64,000 nucleotides of DNA from Gammaproteobacteria bacterium (GCA_965221695.1 OZ244905.1:1408001-1472000), one strand, 5' to 3'. Positions 9,534 through 20,684 are shown, counted from the first letter of the stretch. Translations and numbers: made by a program. Notes: a model not told the origin generated them from the sequence alone.

Positions 9534-12500
9534 TTAATCCGATAAAGTCTGTGCAGCGATTGCACGGTCAGAACGCCCGGTCAGCGCCTTGCGCAGGTCG
9601 AATACCAGGCTCAGCATCGCGGGAACGATGAACAGCGTGAATACGGTGGAAACCAGCAGTCCACCGACTACCACGCCGCCTATGCCCCGGTACAACTCCG
9701 AACCGGCGCCCGGCGCCAGGATCAGCGGCAGCATCGCGAACGTGGAGGTGCCGGCGCTCATGAAAATGGGGCGGATGCGGCTGTGTACCGCCTCCCTGAT
9801 GGCGGCGTGGACTTCCATGCCCTCTTTCCTGATATAGTTCAATGACTGGTGCACGATCAGGATAGGGTTGTTGACCACCGTGCCCAGCAGGATAATAAAG
9901 CCCAGCATGGTCAGTACATCCAGGGGCTGGTAGGCTATGGCCGCGTTGACTGCAGCCAGACCGAGGAAACCACCCAGCGCTGCCAGGGGTACGCTGAACA
10001 TGATCACGAACGGATACAGGAAGCTCTCGAACAGAGCGGACATGAGCAGGAAGGTAATGATCAGCGCCAGGATCAGGTTCCATTTCAACGCGTCACCCGC
10101 CGCTACCAGTTTATCGGCGCTGCCGGTTAATTCTATCCGATAAAGCCCGCCGAGGTCGTCGCGCGCGCGCATGGGTTCGACGATTTCTGATTGGATGATC
10201 TCCATCGCGGCTTCTGTGGGCATCTCATCTTCCGGCACGATACGGATGGTAATGGTACGCTCCCGTTCCCGGTGGTTGACCTGGATCGGCCCGTAGGTGA
10301 GTGCGATATCGGCGATGGAACCCAAGGTCACCAGGCGGCCGGCCGGGGTGGCTACAGGCAGTTGTTCCAGAGTATGGGTATTGTAGACAACACCTTCTTC
10401 CGCTTTCAGGCGGATATCGATTTCCTTGCCCTCATGCTGGTAGTCACTGGCCTTTACGCCGTCCACCAGGGCGTCCACCGAGAAACCCAGGTCGCGGTTG
10501 CTGATTCCCAGTTCCGCAGTGCGGCGCCGGTCCGGCTTAACCTGCATTTCCGGGTTGCCCAGGTCCAGGCCGGGGATGGGAAAGGTCTGCGCGCCAGGCA
10601 TCACCTCGGTAGCCATTGCAAAGATTTCTCCGCCCAGCGCGATAAGCCGTTCCAGGTCCGGTCCCTTGATCTCCACATCGATGGAACGTCCTTCACCACT
10701 TTCGTCTTCAAATATGCTCCATTTCTGTAAAATCGCTATGGCCCCGGGGACCGCAGTCATGGTCTGCCGGAAAATGGGGATCAACTCGCTGGTGCGCAAC
10801 GGATCATTGGGTTTAATGCCCATGAATATTATTTCACCTTCGAACCCGAAAAAGAACGTATCTAGCCCGCCGCCGGGCAGTTCCTCCGCTTCCGGCGTAT
10901 CCGCAGGATGGGACATGAGAAAATCCATTGCGCCCGCGAACTCGTTGTGAATCGAGCCCCGCTCCGCCACGGTGTAACCCGGCGGCGGCAGCATGAGGCC
11001 GAACAGGAAATCAGTGTTTCCGCTGGGCAGGTATTCTGTTTTCGGTTTTATCAGGATGCTGATACCCGTTGCCAGCACAACCACCACGCCGACGATCACC
11101 AGGCGGCGCAGCATCGATTCATTTATCCAGTAAGACAGCGACGCGATCCCGTCTCTTAACCTGGCCGCCAGGGACACACCGCCCCACAGGCTCCGAAAGC
11201 CGCCGCTACTGCCGGAACCGGCCGCCTGGAGCATGCGTGCCGACATGGTGGGTATCACGGTAATCGCGATGACCAGGCTCAGGCCCACGGCGCAACTGAC
11301 GGCCACTGCGATATCGGCAAACAACTGGCCGATTTCCTCTTCGATCAGCAGCACCGGCGCAAACACGGCGATGGTGGTCAATGTACTTGCGAGCACCGCG
11401 CCCCACACTTCGGTGACGCCGTCGTAAGCCGCACTGAAGATTGGCTTACCCATTTGCCTGTGCCGGTAGATATTCTCCAGGACGACGATGGAATTATCCA
11501 CTACCATACCGGTCGCAAATGCCATACCGGCGAGGCTGATCACGTTGATGGTCCTGTTGAACAAGCCCATCATCAGGAACGTGCCAATGATACTGATGGG
11601 GATGGTGAGCGCGGCGATAAAAGTGCTGCCGACATTGCGCAGGAAAACCAACAGCACCAGGATCGCGAGTGAGCCGCCGATAATCAGGTTATTTCGCACC
11701 AATTCTATCGCGCTGTTGATATACCCGGTTTGGTCCCAGGCATGAACCAGTTTCAGACCCATCGGATTCAGCAGTTCCCTGTTTACCTTTTCCACCCCTT
11801 CATTTACCTGGTCCATGATATCCAGTTCATTGGCGCCAATCTGACGTTGAATGTTCATCGCCAGCGTCCTGTGATTATGAACGAATATCGCTCCCCGGGG
11901 TTTTTCATGGGCAAGTTCCACCCGGGCCACATCGCGCAGGTACACGGGAACATCGTTACGCCTGGCGATCACGATGTTTTCCAGTTCTTCCGGTGACCGG
12001 TATTCGCCGACGGTGCGCACGATATAGCGGCGCTTGCCCTCATCGAAATCACCCCCGCTGAAATTGCGGTTTTCCCGCTCTATGGCATCAGCAAGTTCCA
12101 CCAGCGTAACCTGGCGCAGCGCCAGCCGCGCCGGATCGGCAATAACGTGAACTTCGGCTTCTCGGCCACCATAGACGTTCACTTTGGATACGCCTTCCAC
12201 CCGTTCCAGTTGCGGTATCACGTAATCGTCAAAAAAGTCATACAACGTGGAAAGATCTTTGCCCGAGCCGTTTTCCGCCATGGTTTCGAGATGAAACCAG
12301 GCTATTGCTCCCGAGACGCCGGCCTGCCCTGTTATGATCGGTTTCTCCACGTTGGCGGGATAATCCTCCACCTGGTCCAGGCGGTTCGATACCTTGAGCC
12401 TGGCTGCATCCTTATCGGCGCCGACCTGGAAACGCAGTGTTATCACACCCTGGCTGTCCTGGCTTTCGCTGCGCATCCTGACCAGACCTTCCAGGGATTT

Positions 12501-12713
12501 CAGCTCTTCCTCCTGTTCGTCGATGATATCCCGCTCCACCTCCAGCGGACTGGCGCCGGGCCAGATGGTGGTCACCGTGATCTCGGGCTTGGTCACTTCC
12601 GGGGCCAGTTGCACCGGCATATTCAATAACGCGACAATACCGAACAACACCAGGAAGATGACGCCGACCGCGGTGGTGACCGGATGGCGGATGCAGGATT
12701 GTATGAAGTTCAT
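9534..12713 (-). CDS. RND efflux transporter permease (AcrB/AcrD/AcrF family)
   Basis: 1059 aa; GMVVDNSIVVLENI, ASTLTTIAVFAP, GTVVNNPIL, RIRPIFMS. Confidence 0.93.
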   Translation of the reverse strand: MNFIQSCIRHPVTTAVGVIFLVLFGIVALLNMPVQLAPEVTKPEITVTTIWPGASPLEVERDIIDEQEEELKSLEGLVRMRSESQDSQGVITLRFQVGADKDAARLKVSNRLDQVEDYPANVEKPIITGQAGVSGAIAWFHLETMAENGSGKDLSTLYDFFDDYVIPQLERVEGVSKVNVYGGREAEVHVIADPARLALRQVTLVELADAIERENRNFSGGDFDEGKRRYIVRTVGEYRSPEELENIVIARRNDVPVYLRDVARVELAHEKPRGAIFVHNHRTLAMNIQRQIGANELDIMDQVNEGVEKVNRELLNPMGLKLVHAWDQTGYINSAIELVRNNLIIGGSLAILVLLVFLRNVGSTFIAALTIPISIIGTFLMMGLFNRTINVISLAGMAFATGMVVDNSIVVLENIYRHRQMGKPIFSAAYDGVTEVWGAVLASTLTTIAVFAPVLLIEEEIGQLFADIAVAVSCAVGLSLVIAITVIPTMSARMLQAAGSGSSGGFRSLWGGVSLAARLRDGIASLSYWINESMLRRLVIVGVVVVLATGISILIKPKTEYLPSGNTDFLFGLMLPPPGYTVAERGSIHNEFAGAMDFLMSHPADTPEAEELPGGGLDTFFFGFEGEIIFMGIKPNDPLRTSELIPIFRQTMTAVPGAIAILQKWSIFEDESGEGRSIDVEIKGPDLERLIALGGEIFAMATEVMPGAQTFPIPGLDLGNPEMQVKPDRRRTAELGISNRDLGFSVDALVDGVKASDYQHEGKEIDIRLKAEEGVVYNTHTLEQLPVATPAGRLVTLGSIADIALTYGPIQVNHRERERTITIRIVPEDEMPTEAAMEIIQSEIVEPMRARDDLGGLYRIELTGSADKLVAAGDALKWNLILALIITFLLMSALFESFLYPFVIMFSVPLAALGGFLGLAAVNAAIAYQPLDVLTMLGFIILLGTVVNNPILIVHQSLNYIRKEGMEVHAAIREAVHSRIRPIFMSAGTSTFAMLPLILAPGAGSELYRGIGGVVVGGLLVSTVFTLFIVPAMLSLVFDLRKALTGRSDRAIAAQTLSD

Positions 12714-13816
12714 GGAACCGGGTACGTCAGCGGCTCCGCCTGCACGGGCTGCCCCGGAAACAATCTCTCATTGCCGCGCGTGATCACCTTGTCTCCCGGG
12801 GAGATACCGCCGTTTACCACCGTCCATACGCCCAGCGCATCACCAACCGTTACCGGCGCAGGAACAGCGCTGCCCTGGTTCACGAGGTATACCACCGTGC
12901 TGTTACCCTGCCTGACAATGGCATCCTTGGGCACGAGAGTGCCGGGGCTGGAATTGCCCAGTTGAAATGCGACCCGCGCAATCATACCGGCGCCGATCTC
13001 ACTTCCCGGTTCGGTAAGTCGGAGTTTCACCGGGAAAGTGCGCGCCTGAATATCCGCCTGGGGGATCACGGCGCGTACATAGGCCGCATAGTCGCGGCCG
13101 GGGACGGAGTCAAACCGGACTGTTACCTTGGCGCCGGTCTTCAGTTGGCTGAAATATCTCTCCGGCACATCCACGTGAACTTCCTGTATGTCCGTGGACA
13201 TCACCTCCAACAGCCTGGCGCCGGCGTCACTCCATTGTCCCACCTCGGTATGGCGGGCAATGATCACGCCGTTGAACGGCGCCCGAATCGTACTGCGTTC
13301 AATGTCGTGCCGGATCGCGGCCGCCTCTGCGCGTAAAGTCTCAATCCGGCCCTCCCAGGCATCGAATTCATAACGGGCTTCATCCAGTTGCTGGCGCGAG
13401 ATAGCATTGCTCTCTGCCAAGCCCCTGTATCGTACCAGGCTGGTTTCAGCCAGTTTACTGCGCGCCAGCGCCTCGATCAGGCGCGCTTCGGCGGCCTGCA
13501 AACGTAATTCCAGCGGCGTAGTACGTAACATCACCAGGGGTTGGCCGGCGGTAACCCGGTCTCCCTCGCGCACCTTGAGTTCGGTTACCAGTCCGCCTAT
13601 CTCACCGGCCAGCACACTGACGTTGGGCGCTTCCAGGTATCCCGGCAACTGTACGGACTGCCGCACCAGTTTACTGATCGCTTCCGTGTACCTGACCGGG
13701 CTTGCCTGCTGCGCGTTGTCCTGGGCGAATGACATCGTGGCAAAACAGACCGCGAGTAGCAGTCCGGCTATCGCGCCAGTACGCTTGGGGCAAGACGATA
13801 ATGTTTGCATACTCAT
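12710..13816 (-). CDS. RND periplasmic adaptor (membrane fusion protein)
   Basis: Signal peptide, VREGDRVTAGQPL, IRAPFNGVI, ARTFPVKL; overlaps the permease start. Confidence 0.92.
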   Translation of the reverse strand: MSMQTLSSCPKRTGAIAGLLLAVCFATMSFAQDNAQQASPVRYTEAISKLVRQSVQLPGYLEAPNVSVLAGEIGGLVTELKVREGDRVTAGQPLVMLRTTPLELRLQAAEARLIEALARSKLAETSLVRYRGLAESNAISRQQLDEARYEFDAWEGRIETLRAEAAAIRHDIERSTIRAPFNGVIIARHTEVGQWSDAGARLLEVMSTDIQEVHVDVPERYFSQLKTGAKVTVRFDSVPGRDYAAYVRAVIPQADIQARTFPVKLRLTEPGSEIGAGMIARVAFQLGNSSPGTLVPKDAIVRQGNSTVVYLVNQGSAVPAPVTVGDALGVWTVVNGGISPGDKVITRGNERLFPGQPVQAEPLTYPVP

Positions 13817-13971
13817 AGCGTTATATGACTTCTTGTTCTTGCGGGCAACACCTGATACGGCCTCGCTGGTCAGTTATTCGCAAGCATGCGCCACATAGAC
13901 GGATAAAGCGCTATTCTCCGTGCAAAACGTGACTGAGGATACGACTGATCAGGCAATCCGGTTAGCTGCCA

Positions 13972-14457
13972 TCAGGTAACTTCGTTAAGGCGCCCGGTGG
14001 CGCAGTCGTAGACGAACCCGCGAATTTGATCTTTGTAAAGAATGAACGGATTGGCCTGGATGCGAGCTATGGACTGGCGCACATTCTGTTCCAGGTCTTT
14101 GAATGCCTCCATCGCAAACGCGGGGCGGAGGCCGGTATCAGCCTCAATGCTGTCCTTGAGGTCATCGTCACGAAAGGTCAGCATCCCACAGTCCGTGTGT
14201 TGGATCAATACGATTGCCCGGGTATCCAACAAGCGTTGGGAGATGGTCAACGAGCGAATCACGTCTTCGCTCACTACCCCGCCGGCATTGCTTATCACGT
14301 GTGCGTCACCTTCCTGGAGACCCAGGGCTTTGTGCGGGTCCAGACGGGCATCCATACATGCCACCACAGCGAGTTTCCGCCCGGGCAATTTAGGCAGATC
14401 GCCTTTGTCAAAACCCTCCGCGTAGCGGGTGTTATTTTGGAGAAGTTCGTCTATCAT
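13972..14457 (-). CDS. Beta-class carbonic anhydrase (small, clade D-like)
   Basis: ACMDAR, NAGG, HTDCGM zinc ligands, RGFVYD. Confidence 0.88.
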   Translation of the reverse strand: MIDELLQNNTRYAEGFDKGDLPKLPGRKLAVVACMDARLDPHKALGLQEGDAHVISNAGGVVSEDVIRSLTISQRLLDTRAIVLIQHTDCGMLTFRDDDLKDSIEADTGLRPAFAMEAFKDLEQNVRQSIARIQANPFILYKDQIRGFVYDCATGRLNEVT

Positions 14458-14530
14458 GGTTATCACCAGTTAGTGTTGCGCTGGTTTTTACCCGGCACAG
14501 GTTACCACAATCGGCAATAGAAAAGGAGAA

Positions 14531-15334
14531 TTACGCTGACCCCAGACGCTCCAGGACTTCGTCGTGCAGCCGCGGGCCGGACGCGGCAACGACCAGCCCA
14601 CCATCTAGCGCGGTCTTGCCCTGCCAGTCGGTAATGACGCCGCCTGCGCCTTCCACGATGGGGATCAACGGCATGATGTCATAGGCTGACAGCCCGCCTT
14701 CGATCACCAGGTCCACGTAACCGCTTGCCAGCATCCCGTAGCCCAGGCATTCCGTTCCATAACGTGAAAAACGGCAGCCGGCGGCTACGCTCATGAACTT
14801 TTCACGGGTTTCGTCGGTCGGGTACATGGCCGGATGGGTACAACACAGGACGGCATCTGCGAGGCTCACAGGGTCACGTACCTTGATACGCGATCGCTGT
14901 TGCCCGCGCAGGAAGTATGCGATGTTGCCATCGCCCAACCAGGTTTCCCCGGTGTAGGGCTGGCGCATCGCGCCGGCAAGGCATTGAGCGTCCTGTTTCA
15001 ACCCCACCAGAACCCCCCACATGGGTGTGCCGGAAATAAACCCGCGGGTACCGTCGATGGGGTCGATCAGCCAGGTAAATGCGTCACTACCCTGTTGTGT
15101 GCCAAATTCCTCGCCGATGATGCTATGGCCGGGATATTCGGCGGCGATGCGCGCGCGGATGAATGCCTCGGTTTCTTTGTCTGCCCGGGTGACCGGATCG
15201 AAAGACTCCCCCTTCTGACGCTTGTCGGTCACCTCAATGCCGCTGCGAAAATATTTCAGTGGAATCTCACCGGCCTGTTCTACCAGGTCTTCCAGGAAAA
15301 GCAGGTAGTCAGAAAATGCGCGCTCGTTACTCAC
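14531..15334 (-). CDS. hisN: Histidinol-phosphatase, inositol monophosphatase family
   Basis: FDPVTRAD, IIGEEFG, WLIDPIDGTRGFISG.P.WG, YDIMPLIPIVEGAGG; GTG start at 15334 overlapping the MFS stop. Confidence 0.8.
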   Translation of the reverse strand: MSNERAFSDYLLFLEDLVEQAGEIPLKYFRSGIEVTDKRQKGESFDPVTRADKETEAFIRARIAAEYPGHSIIGEEFGTQQGSDAFTWLIDPIDGTRGFISGTPMWGVLVGLKQDAQCLAGAMRQPYTGETWLGDGNIAYFLRGQQRSRIKVRDPVSLADAVLCCTHPAMYPTDETREKFMSVAAGCRFSRYGTECLGYGMLASGYVDLVIEGGLSAYDIMPLIPIVEGAGGVITDWQGKTALDGGLVVAASGPRLHDEVLERLGSA

Positions 15335-16712
15335 CCGCTTCACCTCGGAGATTGCCTCGCTTGAGGGAAAAATAAACACCAATGAAACAAAGCGTCGCGG
15401 CGACGAAAAAACTGGCGTTGATGCTGGCAAGCAACGGACCGTGCTGCTCCTCCGAGAACTGCACCGGCCCGAGCATCAGCGCGAAGACCAGGGTCACGAT
15501 TCCCATACTGAACATCTGCCCGATGATACGCATGGTGGAAACGGTTCCGGAGGCCGCGCCGAGGTATTTGCTGTCAACGGAACTCAGGATGGCGTTGGTA
15601 TTCGGTGAGGCAAACAGGGAAAACCCCAGACCCACAAGCATCAGCGTGGTAACGACGAACACGGTCGGCGTCTGCGGTCCTGCCGCGGCCAGCAGGGCCA
15701 GGCCTGTTGCAGTAAGACCCATCCCCGAAGAGGCAATCAGACGCGGCTCATGCCGATCCGACATTCTGCCGGCCAGCGGAGAAAACAAGGTCATGACCAG
15801 CGGCTGGGAGATCATCACAAGGCCGGCAAACTGCGGGCTGAATCCCCTGATATTCTGCAGGTACAGGCTCATCAGAAACGTCGTGGAGAACGTCGCGGAA
15901 TACATGATCAGCGCGGCGGCGCAGGAGTAGGAAAGCACGGGGTTGCCGGAAAACAGGTTAACGTTGAACAGCGGGTATTGCAGACGCTTTTCGTACCTGA
16001 AGAACACAGCGAAACCGATACCGCTGAGCAGAATCAGGGCGAATCCGGATAGCGCAGGCAAAACCGAGAACCCGTACATCAGCGCAATTACGGCAATGCC
16101 GTAGATCAGTGCGCCGGGGAGGTCGAATTTCTGGCCCGCAGGCCCGCGCCACTCTCCCTTTAAGTTAAACAGTCCTAAGATAATGACCAGCACGACAACC
16201 GGGATATGGAACACGAATACCGCGCGCCAGCCGAACTCCTGGGTGACCCAGCCGCCGATAAAAGGCCCGCAGGTAAGCCCAAGGTAAACCGCAGACACGG
16301 ACAACCCCAGGACTTTTCCGCGCTTCTCCGGCGGATAAACGGACGACAGTATCGCGATGCCGGTACCGAACAGCATTGCCGCGCCCATGCCCTGTAATGC
16401 CCGGCACAGGATCAGCATCACCGGCGATAATGCAAATGACGCAAGAATTGATGCAATAGTCACCGTCGTCATGCCGGACAGGAACATTTTCTTGCGCCCG
16501 TACATATCGCCAAGCCGCCCGAACGGCAACAGGAAAACACCACTGGACAGCAGGTATGCCAGGGGTACCCAGCTTGCGGTAATCGCGTCCATTTCCAACC
16601 CGCGGGCGATGGTTGGAATGGCCACATTAACGGCCGACAGCATCAAAGGGGTGATAAAAGCGCCCAGGCAAACGATGGTGAGCGCTGTTCTCCGGAGAGT
16701 TTTTTCAGACAT
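15327..16712 (-). CDS. MFS transporter (14-TM DHA2-like)
   Basis: VNVAIPTI, GRLGDMYGRKK, GPFIGGWVTQEFGWR. Confidence 0.9.
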   Translation of the reverse strand: MSEKTLRRTALTIVCLGAFITPLMLSAVNVAIPTIARGLEMDAITASWVPLAYLLSSGVFLLPFGRLGDMYGRKKMFLSGMTTVTIASILASFALSPVMLILCRALQGMGAAMLFGTGIAILSSVYPPEKRGKVLGLSVSAVYLGLTCGPFIGGWVTQEFGWRAVFVFHIPVVVLVIILGLFNLKGEWRGPAGQKFDLPGALIYGIAVIALMYGFSVLPALSGFALILLSGIGFAVFFRYEKRLQYPLFNVNLFSGNPVLSYSCAAALIMYSATFSTTFLMSLYLQNIRGFSPQFAGLVMISQPLVMTLFSPLAGRMSDRHEPRLIASSGMGLTATGLALLAAAGPQTPTVFVVTTLMLVGLGFSLFASPNTNAILSSVDSKYLGAASGTVSTMRIIGQMFSMGIVTLVFALMLGPVQFSEEQHGPLLASINASFFVAATLCFIGVYFSLKRGNLRGEAGE

Positions 16713-18130
16713 CAGGATATAAGGGAGTTCAACGCCGGCCTCGGCAGAAACTCTGTCTTGTCCTGCAGGGCTTTGCCGATAGCCAGCAGTCTGCGGTCAG
16801 ACCCGGCCGGTCCTTCCAGGCAAATACCGGCGGGTAGGCCATTGGCAGCGAGGCCCGCGGGCACGCACAGGCTGGGTATGCCTGCATTGCTGGAAGGATC
16901 GGTATTGCGGATGATGGTCCCCATGGTCGGATGTTGTGAACCGTTCAGGGTAACGGTCTCGTCATCACCTATCGGGGGAGCGGTCATCGGTGTCGCAGGG
17001 ATAACCAGTGCGTCCAGATCGTGGCGCTTGAAACAGTCTGAAAACAGTGCCTGCAACTGCGGCCGGCAGTTCTGCGCCGCGTTATCGTAGACCGCTTCGC
17101 TGATGGCGCCGGATACGACTGCGGTATACGCCTTTTGCACATCCGGGCTGGCTATCCGGGCCAGCACCTCTTCGATGGAGACGCCGGGCACATAATCATT
17201 AAGGTAGCGTATCATGTCATGTTTTGCTTCGTACAGCACGACCGGGAAACTCACCTTCTCGTTGAGATCGGCCACGCCGTCAAGGTCTACTTCCACCAGG
17301 GCTTTGCAGGATGCGGCCAGCATCTCCAGCGTGGACTCGATAACATCCGCCACACCCGCTTCCAGGTTCTGATAATAATAGGCGCGCGGCACACCCAGCC
17401 TGACATCTGCCAGCTTGATCTGTTCGGCAGGCGCCGGGTCGGCGGCCATCACCCGATCCAGCAACTGCAAATCTTCAACCGCCCCGGCCATCGGCCCCGG
17501 TGTGTCGCGGGTCGAAGAGATAGGGATGATACCTGCGCCGGGGTAACGGCCGACACTGGGTCTGAAGCCGCAGATGCCACAGAACGCGGCCGGCAAACGC
17601 GTTGATCCGCCCGTGTCCGTGCCCAGTCCGGCGGGCAGTATCCCCGCGGCAATCGCCACTGCAGTGCCGCCGCTGCTGCCGCCCGGTATCAGGTCAGGGT
17701 TGTACGGATTGCGCGCCGGGCCGAACGTGGGGTTGTTATTGGTAATGCCGAACGCGAGTTCGTGCATGTTGGATTTGCCGAAGATGACGGCGCCGGCGTC
17801 CAGCAAACGCTGGGCAACCGGCGCGTTCGCTGGCGGAACATGCCCTCTCAACGCCGGAGTGCAACCTGACGTGGGCAGGTCCGCGCTGTTGATATTGTCT
17901 TTCAGCAGCAGCGGTGCGCCCAGTAATTCCGGATTGCCATCGTCTCGCGGTTGCCGGTCCCGTTGCGCAGCGGCAGCCAGCAAGCGCGGTTCATCCAGGG
18001 CTACGACCGCATTCAGGCGCGCCACCTCCCTGTTACGTTCCAGCATGGCCTGCACATACTCGACCGCGCTGAACTCTCCGGCCTGCATAAACTCAAGAGC
18101 CTCAACAAGCGTCAAGTCAAGGATATTCAC
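16712..18130 (-). CDS. Amidase-signature enzyme (indoleacetamide/mandelamide hydrolase-like)
   Basis: KDNI, GKSNMHELAFGIT, PGGSSGG, GTDTGGSTRLPAAFCG. Confidence 0.88.
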   Translation of the reverse strand: MNILDLTLVEALEFMQAGEFSAVEYVQAMLERNREVARLNAVVALDEPRLLAAAAQRDRQPRDDGNPELLGAPLLLKDNINSADLPTSGCTPALRGHVPPANAPVAQRLLDAGAVIFGKSNMHELAFGITNNNPTFGPARNPYNPDLIPGGSSGGTAVAIAAGILPAGLGTDTGGSTRLPAAFCGICGFRPSVGRYPGAGIIPISSTRDTPGPMAGAVEDLQLLDRVMAADPAPAEQIKLADVRLGVPRAYYYQNLEAGVADVIESTLEMLAASCKALVEVDLDGVADLNEKVSFPVVLYEAKHDMIRYLNDYVPGVSIEEVLARIASPDVQKAYTAVVSGAISEAVYDNAAQNCRPQLQALFSDCFKRHDLDALVIPATPMTAPPIGDDETVTLNGSQHPTMGTIIRNTDPSSNAGIPSLCVPAGLAANGLPAGICLEGPAGSDRRLLAIGKALQDKTEFLPRPALNSLIS

Positions 18131-18170
18131 AACATTTCCTCGGCTCTATTTCGTCCCTGCTTGCAGATAT

Positions 18171-20660
18171 TCAGAATTCGTAACCCGCCTGCAGGTACCA
18201 CTCCCGCCCGCGATGAAATGTTTGCTGAGTAAATCCAAAGCCATCCTGGTAGTTGGAGAAGATGGTGTGCTTCTCATCTGTCAGGTTATCCACACCGGCG
18301 GAAACTGCCAGGCCGGTATTGCGCACATCCCAACGCACACTGGCATTGAACAGGTGCAGATCATTCTCTTCCAGCACAGGATTGGGAACGCCGAAACTCA
18401 AGGGCACGCCGGCAAACGGTCCGGCGGGCAGGATATCGTCGCCCAGACGCGGGATGTTGTTTGAGTTGACTCCCCAATCGGTGCGATATGACCACTCGAA
18501 CCGGGGTGTCAGGTAGCCCAGATCGCCGATGGCAAACTCCTTGTAAATCTGCGCATTAGCGGTCCATTCGGAAACGTGCTGGAACGGGCTGTCCAGGGTC
18601 AGTCCCTGCACACTGCCCTCCAGCGCGCTGCGGTCGATATCGGTCATGCCGGCGCTACCGCTGATATACCAGCCCTCAGCCGGATTCAACAGCGCTTCCA
18701 TCTCCACACCGATGACCTCTGCATCGCCGGCGTTGCTGACGAACGGTCCAAGCCGGGACGGATCGGCCACTAATAGTTGCAGGTCAGTGTAATCGGTAAA
18801 ATATACGGCGACATTGAAGCGCAGCCGATCATCCAAGCCATCAAACTTAAAACCGCCTTCGTAGGATTTGACGAATTCGGGATCGAAGCTGGGTGTGCTG
18901 GCTTCCGGCGGGAAGATACGCTGCGTATAACCTCCGGACTTGAAGCCTTCGGAATAGGTGAAATAAGTCATCAGGCTGTCATTCCAGCGGTAGGACAGGT
19001 TCACCATCGGCACCAGTTCCGAGGTTTTGTGCGAGGTCCACTCATACGGGAGCGGCCGGTCGCCGATGCCGCATTGCGGCAGAGCCGGGTTAAACGGCAT
19101 CGGGGTAGCTGGCGGCGGGCAGTTAAACGGCAGTGGCCCTACCGGCAGAACTTCAATGTACTGGTCCGGCAGGTAATCACGGGTATCCTCGGTGTAGCGC
19201 AGACCGAAGGTCAGGTCCAGTTGTTCATTAAAATGCCAGGTGCCTTGGGCGAATACCGCCCAGGAATCGGCGTCATAATGGCCGCCGGACTGCAGGTCGA
19301 CCTGGGAAAAGCGTACCGGATTGATATTCTTCCCATCCTCCTCAAAATAATAGCCGCCGATGATCCAGTCCAAACGATCAGCAAAGCTGGCGCCTAACAA
19401 CTGTAATTCCTGGCTGAACTGCTCGTGCTGGTAGATGTCAATAAGATAGGAAACCCGGATCGGGGAGCCATCCTGGTCGCCTTCAAAGTTCCCTTCAAAA
19501 CCGCGTAGCGAAGTGATTGATTTCAGCTCAAGGTTTTTGCCGAGTTGCCAGTCCACGGTCAGGCCCGTGCCCCAGACATCCAGTTTCTGGTAGGAAGGAT
19601 CGCCGCTGTAATTCAGCTTCTTATCACCATTGTCTATCCATTGCTGGTTGAAACAAACAGGATTGTTCGCATTCTCAGGGGAAAAACAGGCCAGGAACTG
19701 GAATGGGAAGCCACTGGGATGCGCCACATTAAAAAATTCGCCTCCTACAAATGAAGCGGGACCGCCGGTGGCCAACTGCGCGGCCAGGGTTGTGGCCGCC
19801 AGGGTCATGGACGGACCGCCTCCGGTCAGTATACCCACGTTCAAGGGCTGAATGCCGGTCAGAACGAACGGATTGCCATTCTCATTTTCAGCGCTGTAGT
19901 CAACAGACCAGTTGATATCGAGCTTGTCATTGGGCAGCCAGCGTAACGCCCCGCGCAACGCCACCACATCCTGGTCGCCCAGGTCTTTGCCGTCAAAGAC
20001 ACGTGTGACATAACCGTCCTGTTGGAAAGTCGCCGCGGTAAAACGGCCAAAAAACCTGTCGTTGAACGGAACATTGACCGTCGCGCGAACATTCAGCCGA
20101 TCATCCTCGCCGTACTTGACATCCACCTTGCCCCCGAACTCTTCATTCGGTTTTTTACTGCTAAGCGAGATGGCTCCACCGATCGTGTTGCGGCCAAACA
20201 AGGTGCCCTGTGGCCCGCGCAATACCTCGACCCGTTCCAGGTCTACGATATCCAGGACCGCACCCACGGAACGGCCCAGGTAGACGCCATCGACGTAAAT
20301 GCCTACGCCGGGGTCGATTACCGGGGTAAAATCATTCTGGCCAATGCCGCGGATATACACTGCGGCATTGGTGACATTGGAATAGGTAGTGGATTCGTTC
20401 AAGACCAGGTTAGGCACAAACTGGTCCAGTTTGCCGATATCCGTAACGCCGCGAAAGTCCAGCGCGTCGCCAGTGAACGCGGAAACCGCGATGGGCGTAT
20501 CCTGCAGGTTTTCCTCGCGCTTGCGCGCAGTGACAACAATTTCCTCTATCAGCGCGCTGCTCCGGCCCTGGGCATAAACCGGCACGCTGAAATCCGTGAG
20601 CAGCGTCGCTGCTACCATAACTGCAACGCCATAATAAGCATGTGTTATTCGTCTATTCAT
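18171..20660 (-). CDS. TonB-dependent outer membrane receptor
   Basis: IEEIVVTARKREE, VEVLRGPQGTLFGRNTIGGA, C-terminal YEF; likely start MNRRITH at 20660 (the longer ORF reads through a repeat). Confidence 0.92.
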   Translation of the reverse strand: MNRRITHAYYGVAVMVAATLLTDFSVPVYAQGRSSALIEEIVVTARKREENLQDTPIAVSAFTGDALDFRGVTDIGKLDQFVPNLVLNESTTYSNVTNAAVYIRGIGQNDFTPVIDPGVGIYVDGVYLGRSVGAVLDIVDLERVEVLRGPQGTLFGRNTIGGAISLSSKKPNEEFGGKVDVKYGEDDRLNVRATVNVPFNDRFFGRFTAATFQQDGYVTRVFDGKDLGDQDVVALRGALRWLPNDKLDINWSVDYSAENENGNPFVLTGIQPLNVGILTGGGPSMTLAATTLAAQLATGGPASFVGGEFFNVAHPSGFPFQFLACFSPENANNPVCFNQQWIDNGDKKLNYSGDPSYQKLDVWGTGLTVDWQLGKNLELKSITSLRGFEGNFEGDQDGSPIRVSYLIDIYQHEQFSQELQLLGASFADRLDWIIGGYYFEEDGKNINPVRFSQVDLQSGGHYDADSWAVFAQGTWHFNEQLDLTFGLRYTEDTRDYLPDQYIEVLPVGPLPFNCPPPATPMPFNPALPQCGIGDRPLPYEWTSHKTSELVPMVNLSYRWNDSLMTYFTYSEGFKSGGYTQRIFPPEASTPSFDPEFVKSYEGGFKFDGLDDRLRFNVAVYFTDYTDLQLLVADPSRLGPFVSNAGDAEVIGVEMEALLNPAEGWYISGSAGMTDIDRSALEGSVQGLTLDSPFQHVSEWTANAQIYKEFAIGDLGYLTPRFEWSYRTDWGVNSNNIPRLGDDILPAGPFAGVPLSFGVPNPVLEENDLHLFNASVRWDVRNTGLAVSAGVDNLTDEKHTIFSNYQDGFGFTQQTFHRGREWYLQAGYEF

Positions 20661-20684
20661 TCCTGATACCTGATCGTTGTTTAA

